A DNA stretch of 41,864 nt, from positions 1-41,864 of the IMG/VR virus record IMGVR_UViG_3300030333_005104. The stretch is one strand, 5' to 3'. The stretch's first letter is position 1, and each line of letters opens with the position of its first letter. The notes beneath the pieces are model-generated. The model saw only the letters and a list, made by a program, of their open reading frames with translations. It was not told where the DNA came from and made no database searches. The stretch is from a virus (taxonomy: Duplodnaviria; Caudoviricetes). Position numbers and translations under genes: made by a program. Positions 7,109 through 15,657 of this stretch are shown one piece after another.

Positions 7109-8305
7109 ATGGCTAATTCATTTGACGCGATGAAAGTCGCGACCGAGAGCCTAAGCTCTCAAGTGCATCGCCAAGCCACTGCACAATCTTTGTGGCTGTC
7201 TGCGATTCCTCGCGGATCGTACAACAAAAACACTGGACTAACTCAAACCACTTTCACTGTGGAGAACAGTCAGCCCGTGGATGACACCGAAAGCTGGTCA
7301 GCTATCGCCCTGTCAACCGGCAGTAGCGATAACTTTGGCGCATGTGCCAACTCGTACACAGACGTAGAGGTGGGCTTCACGGAGACTACCTACAGCCCAC
7401 AGCAGTTCCAACTGCGCGGGCCGGTGGTTTGCTCGACCGACCTGATGTTTGATCACAACCCTCAAGTGTTCCTTTCCGCCTATGTGCAGGAAATGGTGAA
7501 ACGCTCGAAGAAGTCGTGGGAAAACAAGCTCATCCAAGAGTATTTGAAGCAGGCCGAGAAGGTGACTGTGGGTGCTAGCGGTGCAATCACCGTTGACTCC
7601 ACTCGCGCCGATTTGGCTACTGTCTCCACTCTGTCCAACTCCACCACCGCCTTGGATCAAGATCACCTTGATGCGCTGGCCGTGCGTCTGATTGAGAACG
7701 GAGCAACCGAGGGCGACTCCAACGGGTTTATTAACCTTGAGGATAATGGCCCCGTGTTCCCGTTGATCATCGGCATGGAGGCTAGCCAAAAGCTGGCCAA
7801 GGACAACTCTAGCCTTCGCGCTGACCTTCGCTACGGCGAACCTCATCAGCTCCTGAAGGCTATGGGTGCTAGCCGTGTGCTGAACAACTTCCGCCACGTT
7901 CCCACCGTGAACCCGTTGCGCTTCAACTACGATGCGTCGGCTAACAGTGGTTCGGGTGGTTTCGTTCAGGTGAACCAATACACCGAGGGAAGTGCCACTA
8001 AAGGCAAGAAGTACACGATCAACTCCGCATGGCGCACAGCCACGCATGAGGCTGCTATCGTGCTGAACCCGAACGTGTTGACCACCGAGATTGTTACCCC
8101 TGCTGGTTACGGTCTGGACTTCGACCCCGAAAATTACGGCGGCGAATGGAGCTGGATCACTGGCGGTGATCGCATCGGTGCAACCACGGTAGGAAGTGAT
8201 CCTCAGGAAACTCTGGGGCGTCACTTCGCCAAGTACATGGCCGCGTTCCGTCCGGTTCGTCCGCAAGACGGCGCAGTCATTCTCTTCGACCGCGACGGTG
8301 CTTAA
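7109..8305 (+). CDS. Major capsid protein
   Basis: 398 aa, strong codon bias, A-rich leader, followed by a strong terminator; no other capsid candidate in the window. Call is from size and context. Confidence 0.8.
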   Translation: MANSFDAMKVATESLSSQVHRQATAQSLWLSAIPRGSYNKNTGLTQTTFTVENSQPVDDTESWSAIALSTGSSDNFGACANSYTDVEVGFTETTYSPQQFQLRGPVVCSTDLMFDHNPQVFLSAYVQEMVKRSKKSWENKLIQEYLKQAEKVTVGASGAITVDSTRADLATVSTLSNSTTALDQDHLDALAVRLIENGATEGDSNGFINLEDNGPVFPLIIGMEASQKLAKDNSSLRADLRYGEPHQLLKAMGASRVLNNFRHVPTVNPLRFNYDASANSGSGGFVQVNQYTEGSATKGKKYTINSAWRTATHEAAIVLNPNVLTTEIVTPAGYGLDFDPENYGGEWSWITGGDRIGATTVGSDPQETLGRHFAKYMAAFRPVRPQDGAVILFDRDGA

Positions 8306-8329
8306 ACCGTAGTCGTTGTTGTCTGACAC

Positions 8330-8357
8330 GGTGGCCCCCTTCGGGGGGCCACCTTTT
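8330..8357 (+). terminator. Rho-independent terminator
   Basis: Perfect 10-bp stem GGTGGCCCCC/GGGGGCCACC with a cUUCGg loop, followed by TTTT. Confidence 0.92.
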
Positions 8358-8368
8358 ACACCAACACC

Positions 8369-8533
8369 ATGAGCGACATGACGGACTGGCTGAAGATGTT
8401 CGGGGTTAACGGCGGCGTATTCGCGGCTGTTTCTCTCTCAGATATTGAGATGATCCTGAAGATAACCATGCTAATCCTGACATGCGTCTGGACAGTTATT
8501 AAAATCCTAAAGCTCCTGAAGGAGACTAATTGA
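8369..8533 (+). CDS. Small membrane protein, holin/antiholin-like (54 aa)
   Basis: MSDMTDWLKMFGVNGGVFAAVSLSDIEMILKITMLILTCVWTVIKILKLLKETN: hydrophobic segments, basic C-terminus, two close Met starts. Not in the ORF track. Confidence 0.7.
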   Translation: MSDMTDWLKMFGVNGGVFAAVSLSDIEMILKITMLILTCVWTVIKILKLLKETN

Positions 8534-8535
8534 TT

Positions 8536-8775
8536 ATGCCTAACTCAAAGAAAAAAGAAGCGGCCCCCGTAAAGGCGGGCTGGAAAACGACCGAATTTAT
8601 ACTTAGCACTGCTGCGGCAGTGCTAGGCATCGCCATTGCTGGCGGCTTTGTAGACCCTGAGGGGATTACTTCAGCTGACCGCATAGCTGGCATTATCTGT
8701 TCCGCCCTCGCGGCACTGGGCTACTCCGTTGGCCGATCCAACGTGAAGGCCGCTGCCTCAATGGAGGACAAGTGA
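8536..8775 (+). CDS. Holin-like two-TM protein
   Basis: GWKTTEF motif, two hydrophobic helices, GY..GR..VK tail. Confidence 0.7.
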   Translation: MPNSKKKEAAPVKAGWKTTEFILSTAAAVLGIAIAGGFVDPEGITSADRIAGIICSALAALGYSVGRSNVKAAASMEDK

Positions 8776-8999
8776 ACCCCGTAATCGCAGCCTTGCAGGG
8801 GCTAGCAGCTCTCCCCAAGCTGGTTGACCAGATCAACTCACTGGTTGACCGGCTTGGGTCAATCGAAAGGAAGATGAATGAAAAGAAGGTCATCGAACGT
8901 ATGGCTGCTAAGCGTGGCCGTAACGCTGCTGCTCTCAACAGGGTGCTTGCATCCCCGTCTGGATCGGGGGGAGGAACTGATAAACCACCCCCAGTTTGA
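8772..8999 (+). CDS. Putative inner-membrane spanin (Rz-like)
   Basis: Weakly hydrophobic N-terminus plus coiled coil; overlapped in another frame by a lipoprotein ORF. Confidence 0.5.
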   Translation: MNPVIAALQGLAALPKLVDQINSLVDRLGSIERKMNEKKVIERMAAKRGRNAAALNRVLASPSGSGGGTDKPPPV

Positions 9000-9084
9000 G
9001 GCGGCGGCAACCGCTGCGCCCGATTGGGTGGCCGAGGCTCTTGATATAATTGTAGAGCTTGAGGCTGAGGTGGAGCGGAAATGA
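8878..9084 (+). CDS. Putative outer-membrane spanin lipoprotein (Rz1-like)
   Basis: MKRR-hydrophobic stretch-LSTG|C lipobox; starts inside the preceding ORF in the +1 frame. Confidence 0.7.
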   Translation: MKRRSSNVWLLSVAVTLLLSTGCLHPRLDRGEELINHPQFEAAATAAPDWVAEALDIIVELEAEVERK

Positions 9085-9090
9085 GATTGG

Positions 9091-9522
9091 ATGGGGGCAT
9101 CCTCTCATAACAAGATACATGGTGCTGCCGCAGAAATGCTGGTGGCGCATGACTTAATGAGGCTAGGCTACGGCGTGGCCCTGCCGCTTTCTGATTCTGA
9201 GCCTTACGACCTTATTGCTATACGGGGCGGAAAGCTGTGGCTTCTCCAAGTGAAGGCAACAACGCAGCCTTATTGCGGGAACTACCGAGTCTTATTCTCC
9301 CACGGTAGGAAGTCAAAGACTCGGTACACAAAAAAAGACTGCGACTTCATCATCGCAGTCATTTATTACCCCACAGGAACTGGAGTCTACGTCATCCCTA
9401 TCGACAAGGTTAAGACAGGGAAGGGCATATTCTGGGAGGTTGGGAAGCACGCCCGCTATCCCGATAAGTGGCCGCGCTGCAAGTACGAGGACTACCGGAA
9501 CGGCTGGAATCAGCTAGCCTAG
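9091..9522 (+). CDS. PD-(D/E)XK endonuclease (I-Ssp6803I/PDDEXK_5-like)
   Basis: G..AE......L...GY.V..P......YDL.......L.QVK...Y....CDF signature. Confidence 0.85.
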   Translation: MGASSHNKIHGAAAEMLVAHDLMRLGYGVALPLSDSEPYDLIAIRGGKLWLLQVKATTQPYCGNYRVLFSHGRKSKTRYTKKDCDFIIAVIYYPTGTGVYVIPIDKVKTGKGIFWEVGKHARYPDKWPRCKYEDYRNGWNQLA

Positions 9523-10622
9523 TTTCCCATCGCCTCATTGAATGCGGCAATGAAATCCTTAGGGGCTTCCTTACTTGCTCCCCCCGCGCTCTTAACTGAC
9601 GGGTTTGCATCGCCCTGATCAGATAGCTGCTTTTGCAGCCTTCGGTTAAGCTCTATTTGCTGAACCAGAAGTTCTCGGTACTTTGGCGCGGCAGCTGCCC
9701 AAAGGCTGGCACGAGCAAGCTCTTTGGGGTCGTTCTCTCCAGAGAAAATGCTGCGAGCCATATCGACCCGATCCTTAACTTCACTGTTCCATTCGTCGTC
9801 CCCGTCGCGGCTTGCAAAAACCTCAAGCTTGCTAGCCTCCCCTACCACGTTGTCGAACAGTTTGTGAGTCTCAGCTATCTGGGCCTCGCGCATCTGTGTT
9901 TGCTCCTGAAGCATTTGCTGGTAAGTCTGCTCGGCGTTCTCCAGAGCAGCGGAGCGTTCGCGCCGAACCTCGTCAATGCGTGTAAGCAAGGAGCCTAGCT
10001 GGGCCTGCTTGGTTGTGGAAAGCTCCATCATAACCTCGTCCAGCGAGTTGTTCCGATAATCGGACTCAGACATGTTTAGCAGTTCTTCTACTCGGTCGGC
10101 GTTCTCGCTGCCTACGATTCTTTTAGCCTGCTCAATCACTGAGCCTACCTTCTCCTGAAACTCCTGCTGGAACTTTGGGTGACGCTCGATTGCGGCCAGC
10201 TTTAAGCGTTGGCTCAAATCGTCACGCTCAGCCTTAATCTGCTCCATGATCTTATCCACATCGCTGTTTTCAAGGTCGGCCAGCTTGGATTTCAAGTCGT
10301 CAAGCTCACGCCTCGCGTTGTCACGATCCTCCTTAATCTTCTTGAAGTCAGAGGACGACCGAGACTCAGGTGCGCTTTCCTGCTCCCCAGACGGCTTCTC
10401 AGGCTCTTTCTCGTCCTCGGAGGGTAGTTTAACCTCACCGTCCGACAAAGCCTCGTTAAAGGCGTCTGCGAATGATTTCAGCCCTTCCGTGCCAGATTCT
10501 CCTGCCTCGCCTTTAGGTTCGGTTTCGGTAGACTTAGCCTCTTCGGCGGGGGTGTCTTTGTTTTCTGAGGATTCGAGGTTGATCGCCTCAACGTCCTCCA
10601 TAGTGAATGTATCTTCAGCCAT
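9519..10622 (-). CDS. Putative capsid scaffolding protein
   Basis: Acidic low-complexity N-terminus and long coiled coil; lies downstream of the portal gene. Confidence 0.65.
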   Translation of the reverse strand: MAEDTFTMEDVEAINLESSENKDTPAEEAKSTETEPKGEAGESGTEGLKSFADAFNEALSDGEVKLPSEDEKEPEKPSGEQESAPESRSSSDFKKIKEDRDNARRELDDLKSKLADLENSDVDKIMEQIKAERDDLSQRLKLAAIERHPKFQQEFQEKVGSVIEQAKRIVGSENADRVEELLNMSESDYRNNSLDEVMMELSTTKQAQLGSLLTRIDEVRRERSAALENAEQTYQQMLQEQTQMREAQIAETHKLFDNVVGEASKLEVFASRDGDDEWNSEVKDRVDMARSIFSGENDPKELARASLWAAAAPKYRELLVQQIELNRRLQKQLSDQGDANPSVKSAGGASKEAPKDFIAAFNEAMGN

Positions 10623-10635
10623 AGTTAGTTGTTGT

Positions 10636-10917
10636 TTAGTCGTTTGTTGTCGGTGCGAAGGTGGCTTCTACCTCCTCCGCAGATTGTTGCGGCTCCATTG
10701 TCATTGACTCAAGAACGGCCAAAGCCTGCCGGTATCCGATTTCGACACCGTAGGCGTAGGCAAAATCCTCAGCGGACGCCCCCATTGCGGGGAGCGTCCG
10801 GTTGCTGGGCAGCTCCGTCTTTGCCACCTCAAGCATGGTGGCGAAGGTCTTGTTAGATCGTAGTTTTATGGCCGATTTAATTAAGGTCGGCTCTTGACGA
10901 AATGTAGTAAGGGTCAT
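10636..10917 (-). CDS. Hypothetical head-module protein
   Basis: 93-aa ORF between portal and scaffold with a G...GY...L..L helix. Confidence 0.7.
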   Translation of the reverse strand: MTLTTFRQEPTLIKSAIKLRSNKTFATMLEVAKTELPSNRTLPAMGASAEDFAYAYGVEIGYRQALAVLESMTMEPQQSAEEVEATFAPTTND

Positions 10918-11113
10918 TTATTATTCCATTTTTCTGCCCCTTGAGAATGGCGCAGGCCGCAATCTTTAGCATGACTTGCTTACTCATTGCTAGACTTTGC
11001 GCTGCCTCAATGCTGTCTGGCTCTTCCTCAAGGTAGTGTTCCATGCCCATCATGTCCTCCCGAAGAAGTTTAACAATGTGCATCATATCATCTGCTTCTA
11101 TGCTTATGTACAT
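10877..11113 (-). CDS. Hypothetical protein
   Basis: 78-aa ORF starting 5 nt after the portal stop. Confidence 0.55.
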   Translation of the reverse strand: MYISIEADDMMHIVKLLREDMMGMEHYLEEEPDSIEAAQSLAMSKQVMLKIAACAILKGQKNGIINDPYYISSRADLN

Positions 11114-11117
11114 ACCC

Positions 11118-13364
11118 TTACCCCATTAGTAATCGAGAGGATTTAGCGTCCTTTAACGCCATATCCTGCTCTGTTTTTGCTGTTTTTCGCGCCAAGTCGT
11201 TTTGCGCCTTAGCGTCCTTGCGTGCTTCATCTCGTTCGGCACGCATCATTGAAATCTGATCCTTAATGTCGCCCCCGCTCTGAAGCTGCTGCATCTCCGC
11301 CATAGCGGCTTGCTGCTGCTGCTGCTGCATAGCTGCCTGCTGGGTTTGCTGGGACACCTCTTCCATTATTTGGTTTGTGGCTTTTTCAATCTCTGCCAGT
11401 CGCTCAGTGTATTCAGCGATTAACTGCTTGCGTGTCGGGTCTTGCCCTAGCTCCTGTAGGTGAGCAACCACATGGTCAATTAGCAAGTCAGCGTAGACTG
11501 CAATTTCAGCTGGGTCGCCAGCTCCCTGCATAGCGGCCTGCACTGCCTCGGTGGCCCCCTGAATGTGAACCTCCACATGTACGGCGTGATTATCTCCGCC
11601 AGCGATTGGAATGCTAGCACCAGTTTTAAACAATGCGTTCTCACGGGCGGCTTCTTGCTGCTGCTCCTGCGTATCAATATCCTGCTCAGGCATTGGGTAA
11701 TAGCGACCAAGGCTATGGTAGCCAGCTAGGCTAGCTACATGATCCTCGATCACGTTCTTGCGACCGCCCTCTGGAAGCATTCCCACCACGTTCATAAGCG
11801 CGTTGCTTATGGCGCGGCGTTCCATTGCTGAACCGCGACCAGCTGTTCGGGTTGATTGAACAAGCTCAACCTTGTCGAAGCACTCCTTAGGGCAACCTCG
11901 ATCTATGCAACGCTTTTGGAACTCAAGGGCGTCAGCCGCTCCTGCCATGTCCTTAGTTAAATTAGGATTGATGGCGCGTCGGTATCGTTCGGCAAACAGC
12001 ACGTCAAGTTGAGCGTAGTATCTGTTTAGTTGTGTTTTACCGAGAACCGACTGCTGCGCCATCAAAGCCTCAATCTCAGTCGCCGTGCGGGGGTTTCCCT
12101 GCTTCTCCAGTCGTTGCCGGTACTGAGATAAATTAGCCTGCATCAACCCCTCAAGCTCTCGCTCCACTGCTAGCGGTGCGTCCAGCACGCCAGCACTGTT
12201 GGTCTGGGTCACGTTGTAGCCAGACGGGATCACGCTGTACGGCCCCATCTGGATCACGTTCATGCGGTTTAGATCATTGGGGCTGTTGGGTTGTAGGTGA
12301 ATGGTGGTTCGGGCCATCGCGGCATCAACTAGGCTGCACTTCAGCCGGTTCTTTAGCTCAAGGGCAGAGAACATCTTAACCCCCATACCCTTAACTGAAT
12401 GATGCTGTCCGTCCCCTTTATCATAATACATGGGGTGGACGACTTCGCTCCACTTACTAAACCTATTAACCTTACGGAAAAGGAACTCCTTATTGTCGCC
12501 CCTCTCATCAATTATGCAGTGGGAGATCGCCCCTTCAGGGTTCTTGTCGGTCGGGAACTCGCGATAAAAAACATGAGCTACGCTAACTACGTCGCACTTA
12601 CTTGAGTAGCTAAGGTCATTGTTTCTCAGCTCTTGCTGCGCTTTCTCCCAAGTATGATTACTTCCAAGCGTGTCTGGGTGCGCGGCGATAATTGACTTCT
12701 TAGCAGCCGCCACCGTCCAGCCAGCACTGGCCGCTGCTTTTTCATTCCTGATGAATTTGTAAAGTTCATGCGCCCGATACTGACTGCGAACCACGCACAT
12801 CTCCCAGTCCTCAGCGTTTGAGCTAGTGCCCTCGGGTACTAGCAGGTTAGCTGACTTCATCGGCACACACCGCCAGTCGGTGTTATCCTCAAACACCATC
12901 GGCCCAGTGCCGTACAGCACCATCTCGTGCTGAGACAGCTGCATCATATAGTCAAACCGCCCGTCCTTTTTTTGCAGCCGGTCAAATTCCTCGGTGATGA
13001 TTCGGCTATACATCTCAGAATCATTGGCGTCACCGTGGTTAATCCGAACCGTCGCGTAGGTTGGAACCTCTGAGAACACATCAAAAAAGGCAGACATACC
13101 CATATTGAGGAATGACTCGCCCTCTCGGAAGTTCACGTTAGTCCTGAAGCTTTGTCCGGTTCTCTGAAGCTCCGTGGAGGAGTATGGCGCATTGCCGTCA
13201 ACCAGCCCCTTGACCTTGGCTCGCACTTTGCTGCGCCGATCATCGGCGCGAACCAGTGACTTAACCATTGATTGAACGGATGCGGCGTCGTTGAGGCGGC
13301 TTTCAGGGACGCCATCTTCAGTGATGTTTTCGAGTTTTATCGAGCTGTTCATTTTTTCCAGCAA
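11118..13364 (-). CDS. Portal protein
   Basis: 748 aa, RTATEI motif typical of podovirus portals, Q-rich coiled-coil C-terminus; downstream of TerL. Confidence 0.85.
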   Translation of the reverse strand: MLEKMNSSIKLENITEDGVPESRLNDAASVQSMVKSLVRADDRRSKVRAKVKGLVDGNAPYSSTELQRTGQSFRTNVNFREGESFLNMGMSAFFDVFSEVPTYATVRINHGDANDSEMYSRIITEEFDRLQKKDGRFDYMMQLSQHEMVLYGTGPMVFEDNTDWRCVPMKSANLLVPEGTSSNAEDWEMCVVRSQYRAHELYKFIRNEKAAASAGWTVAAAKKSIIAAHPDTLGSNHTWEKAQQELRNNDLSYSSKCDVVSVAHVFYREFPTDKNPEGAISHCIIDERGDNKEFLFRKVNRFSKWSEVVHPMYYDKGDGQHHSVKGMGVKMFSALELKNRLKCSLVDAAMARTTIHLQPNSPNDLNRMNVIQMGPYSVIPSGYNVTQTNSAGVLDAPLAVERELEGLMQANLSQYRQRLEKQGNPRTATEIEALMAQQSVLGKTQLNRYYAQLDVLFAERYRRAINPNLTKDMAGAADALEFQKRCIDRGCPKECFDKVELVQSTRTAGRGSAMERRAISNALMNVVGMLPEGGRKNVIEDHVASLAGYHSLGRYYPMPEQDIDTQEQQQEAARENALFKTGASIPIAGGDNHAVHVEVHIQGATEAVQAAMQGAGDPAEIAVYADLLIDHVVAHLQELGQDPTRKQLIAEYTERLAEIEKATNQIMEEVSQQTQQAAMQQQQQQAAMAEMQQLQSGGDIKDQISMMRAERDEARKDAKAQNDLARKTAKTEQDMALKDAKSSRLLMG

Positions 13365-13936
13365 TGCTCCGGTAGAGCTTCGCGTATTTCAGGTTTAATA
13401 TGGTTTTGTAAAATCTCCAGCGGGAACCAGATTTGTGCGCGGTTTAAGCAACCACAGAACTTGCAGCTCTCCAGCATGGAATCAAACTTCGTCGCGCCTG
13501 CCTTTGTTAGCTTCCCAACAATCTCGTCTATCCTCTTCGAGTTGCAGCCGCCGCAGCCATCTGCCTTGATGTTTGCGGGACACCCAGCGCAGATGGAACC
13601 ACGGCGGTCTGCTTCTTCTTGCCCCACCCGTGGGTTTCCTTTGAGGATTGATTCACCTAACGTCTTGGTAAAAGCCACCACGTTAGCTATGGTAAGGCGG
13701 GGAGGTATTAGGTCGGTGTGCCCTTCCTTGCAGGCTTCAGGAACCTCCTTGCAAACACCTTCTTCAATTTCTAGCTCCATATCCATTTGGATAGGGTATC
13801 CGTTGGCCATCCGGTGTTCCCGCACCGCCACCACAAGGTTCATAAATGAGGTAGCCGTGATCAGCTTCCCGCTTTCGCGCTGGCGATACCTCCAACCGTT
13901 AGGCGGAGTGGTCTGTTTATCACTCAGTCTCAGCAT
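13349..13936 (-). CDS. Cys-rich hypothetical protein between TerL and portal
   Basis: PPNGW.Y start; C..VP..C, CAGC, CGGC, CKFCGC and terminal HCWK; overlaps both neighbours. Confidence 0.8.
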   Translation of the reverse strand: MLRLSDKQTTPPNGWRYRQRESGKLITATSFMNLVVAVREHRMANGYPIQMDMELEIEEGVCKEVPEACKEGHTDLIPPRLTIANVVAFTKTLGESILKGNPRVGQEEADRRGSICAGCPANIKADGCGGCNSKRIDEIVGKLTKAGATKFDSMLESCKFCGCLNRAQIWFPLEILQNHIKPEIREALPEHCWKK

Positions 13937-15599
13937 ACATTGAACCTTCGTTGTAGATGCTATCGTACTTTAACGATAGAGCTTCCCATTCTTTATCACC
14001 TTCAAGCTGTTTCTTCAAGGAGCCTGATCCTAGCTCGCGGGCTAAATGCACGCAGATAGCTGCTGCGTCCGCTAAATCAGGGCTTTCCCCTGTGCGAACT
14101 TTCATTTCCGCCTTCCGCTCCACAACTATCTTGCGCTTCTGATCATCAAACATGCGGGAGCAAAACTCTATCTGAGTCTCGCTGTCCATGCCCTTGACCT
14201 GATCGCGGATCACCCACTCACGCACACTGAACCACAGCTCAGTCACCTTATTGGCGTAGGCTTCGTGGCTAGTCCTGCTGTCCTGATCTGACACAGGAAG
14301 GTCGGAAGCTCTTCCACCAAACTCCACGCGGTTAATTTTGTTCGACCACTCTTTTGCCATTATGTCGCACAGGCCACCGCCTTCGCCGGTACTATCGACT
14401 GCTAGATACTGCGGCTCAACCCCGCGATCTTCACATGCCTTCTGAACCTGATTAGCTATCTGGTAGTGGATAGGCTCGTCGGAGTTGGCATTGATTTGTA
14501 TTTGTATTACTTCACCAAACTCAATGCCCATTAGCCCGTTCTCAAGGTCGCCGTATTTTGCGAACCTCAGCACGCACCTATCCCCGCCGAATGCGGGGTC
14601 AAGCCCAGCTATGACTCGCGACTCCCTCTCGAATGTATGCCTCCCAGCTACGGCGTGTTTGTGGCACATTGTAGCAGATAGCACTGTTTTTACGATGCCT
14701 GATGGCGACCAGAAGCCACGGGTGTACTTCCAGAATCGAGGGCTGTCCTCCCCTTCGTACTTGATTGCCGCATCTAGCTGCTCTTTCGTGATTAAAAATT
14801 CCCATTTAGTTTCACCAGCTAGCACATTAGGGGAGCGCATCCCATCAAACCGGACGCACATTCCCCTTAAAGTCTCCCACTCTTGCGTGTCGATGTTGAC
14901 TGAATCCCATCCATGCACTGGCTCAGAGAATCTGCCATGCTCGTCGAGCATGGAGTGCGGGTTCCCGATAGCTAGGAACTGAAACTCACGGCAACCTTTA
15001 CTTAGGTTCGACGCCGCCTCGAAGGCCGCTGGTGGGGTATCTGTGGCTTCGTCCACGATACATAGGATACGCTCTGAATGTATGCCTTGGATGTTGGCAA
15101 CTGCTTTTGATGTCGCACCATCAAGTACGGCCACTGCGAAAATAGCGTTCTTATCATCACCTTTAGTCGCTTGAAGCGTCGTCTTGGAGTCTACCATATT
15201 GCCGACGAATTGGCTGCTAGCACTATTCCACAGGTGCTGAACATTCGCCCAAGCACGCTTCCTGATCATCTTAGCAGTGGTAGAGGTTAGGATTACCGAG
15301 CTGTGCTGCGGGTCAGCTAGCCACCAGACCAGCGCATACAGCGAGGAGCCATAGGTCTTTCCGCTAGCAGCGCAGCCAGTCCAGCTAACCCACTGATTCT
15401 CACAGAGAGATTCGATCTGCCTCTCCAGCCAAGGATGCCAGATCAGGTCAGGCCAGATAATGTCGGCGGCATTCTTGAAATGCTGGTACTTGCCTAACCC
15501 TCCCTCCTCTGGGGTGATGCCCTCACGGAAGGCGTATAGCTCAGCTTCTAGCTGAGTAATTTCGTGATCAAAGGTATAACCATATATTGTGGTACTCAC
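13920..15599 (-). CDS. terL: Terminase large subunit
   Basis: Walker A GCAASGKT, Walker B LCIVDEA, coupling motif IGNP, nuclease GLDPAFGGD and SPDLADA; likely GTG start at 15599. Confidence 0.95.
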   Translation of the reverse strand: MSTTIYGYTFDHEITQLEAELYAFREGITPEEGGLGKYQHFKNAADIIWPDLIWHPWLERQIESLCENQWVSWTGCAASGKTYGSSLYALVWWLADPQHSSVILTSTTAKMIRKRAWANVQHLWNSASSQFVGNMVDSKTTLQATKGDDKNAIFAVAVLDGATSKAVANIQGIHSERILCIVDEATDTPPAAFEAASNLSKGCREFQFLAIGNPHSMLDEHGRFSEPVHGWDSVNIDTQEWETLRGMCVRFDGMRSPNVLAGETKWEFLITKEQLDAAIKYEGEDSPRFWKYTRGFWSPSGIVKTVLSATMCHKHAVAGRHTFERESRVIAGLDPAFGGDRCVLRFAKYGDLENGLMGIEFGEVIQIQINANSDEPIHYQIANQVQKACEDRGVEPQYLAVDSTGEGGGLCDIMAKEWSNKINRVEFGGRASDLPVSDQDSRTSHEAYANKVTELWFSVREWVIRDQVKGMDSETQIEFCSRMFDDQKRKIVVERKAEMKVRTGESPDLADAAAICVHLARELGSGSLKKQLEGDKEWEALSLKYDSIYNEGSMYAETE

Positions 15600-15600
15600 C

Positions 15601-15638
15601 TTGACTTTATCGTTACCGCACACTATACCTAGTGTCAA
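15601..15638. promoter_or_regulatory. Overlapping divergent sigma70-like promoters between terL and the tail operon
   Basis: + strand TTGACT-17-TATACC; - strand TTGACA-17-TAACGA, both within the 58-bp gap. The -10 matches are imperfect. Confidence 0.45.
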
Positions 15639-15657
15639 CTGTTGCTAATACACAGCT

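Noticed and set aside
7313-8329. 338-aa antisense ORF over the capsid gene
   Set aside because: Shadow ORF expected from strong codon bias; no motifs or expression signals.
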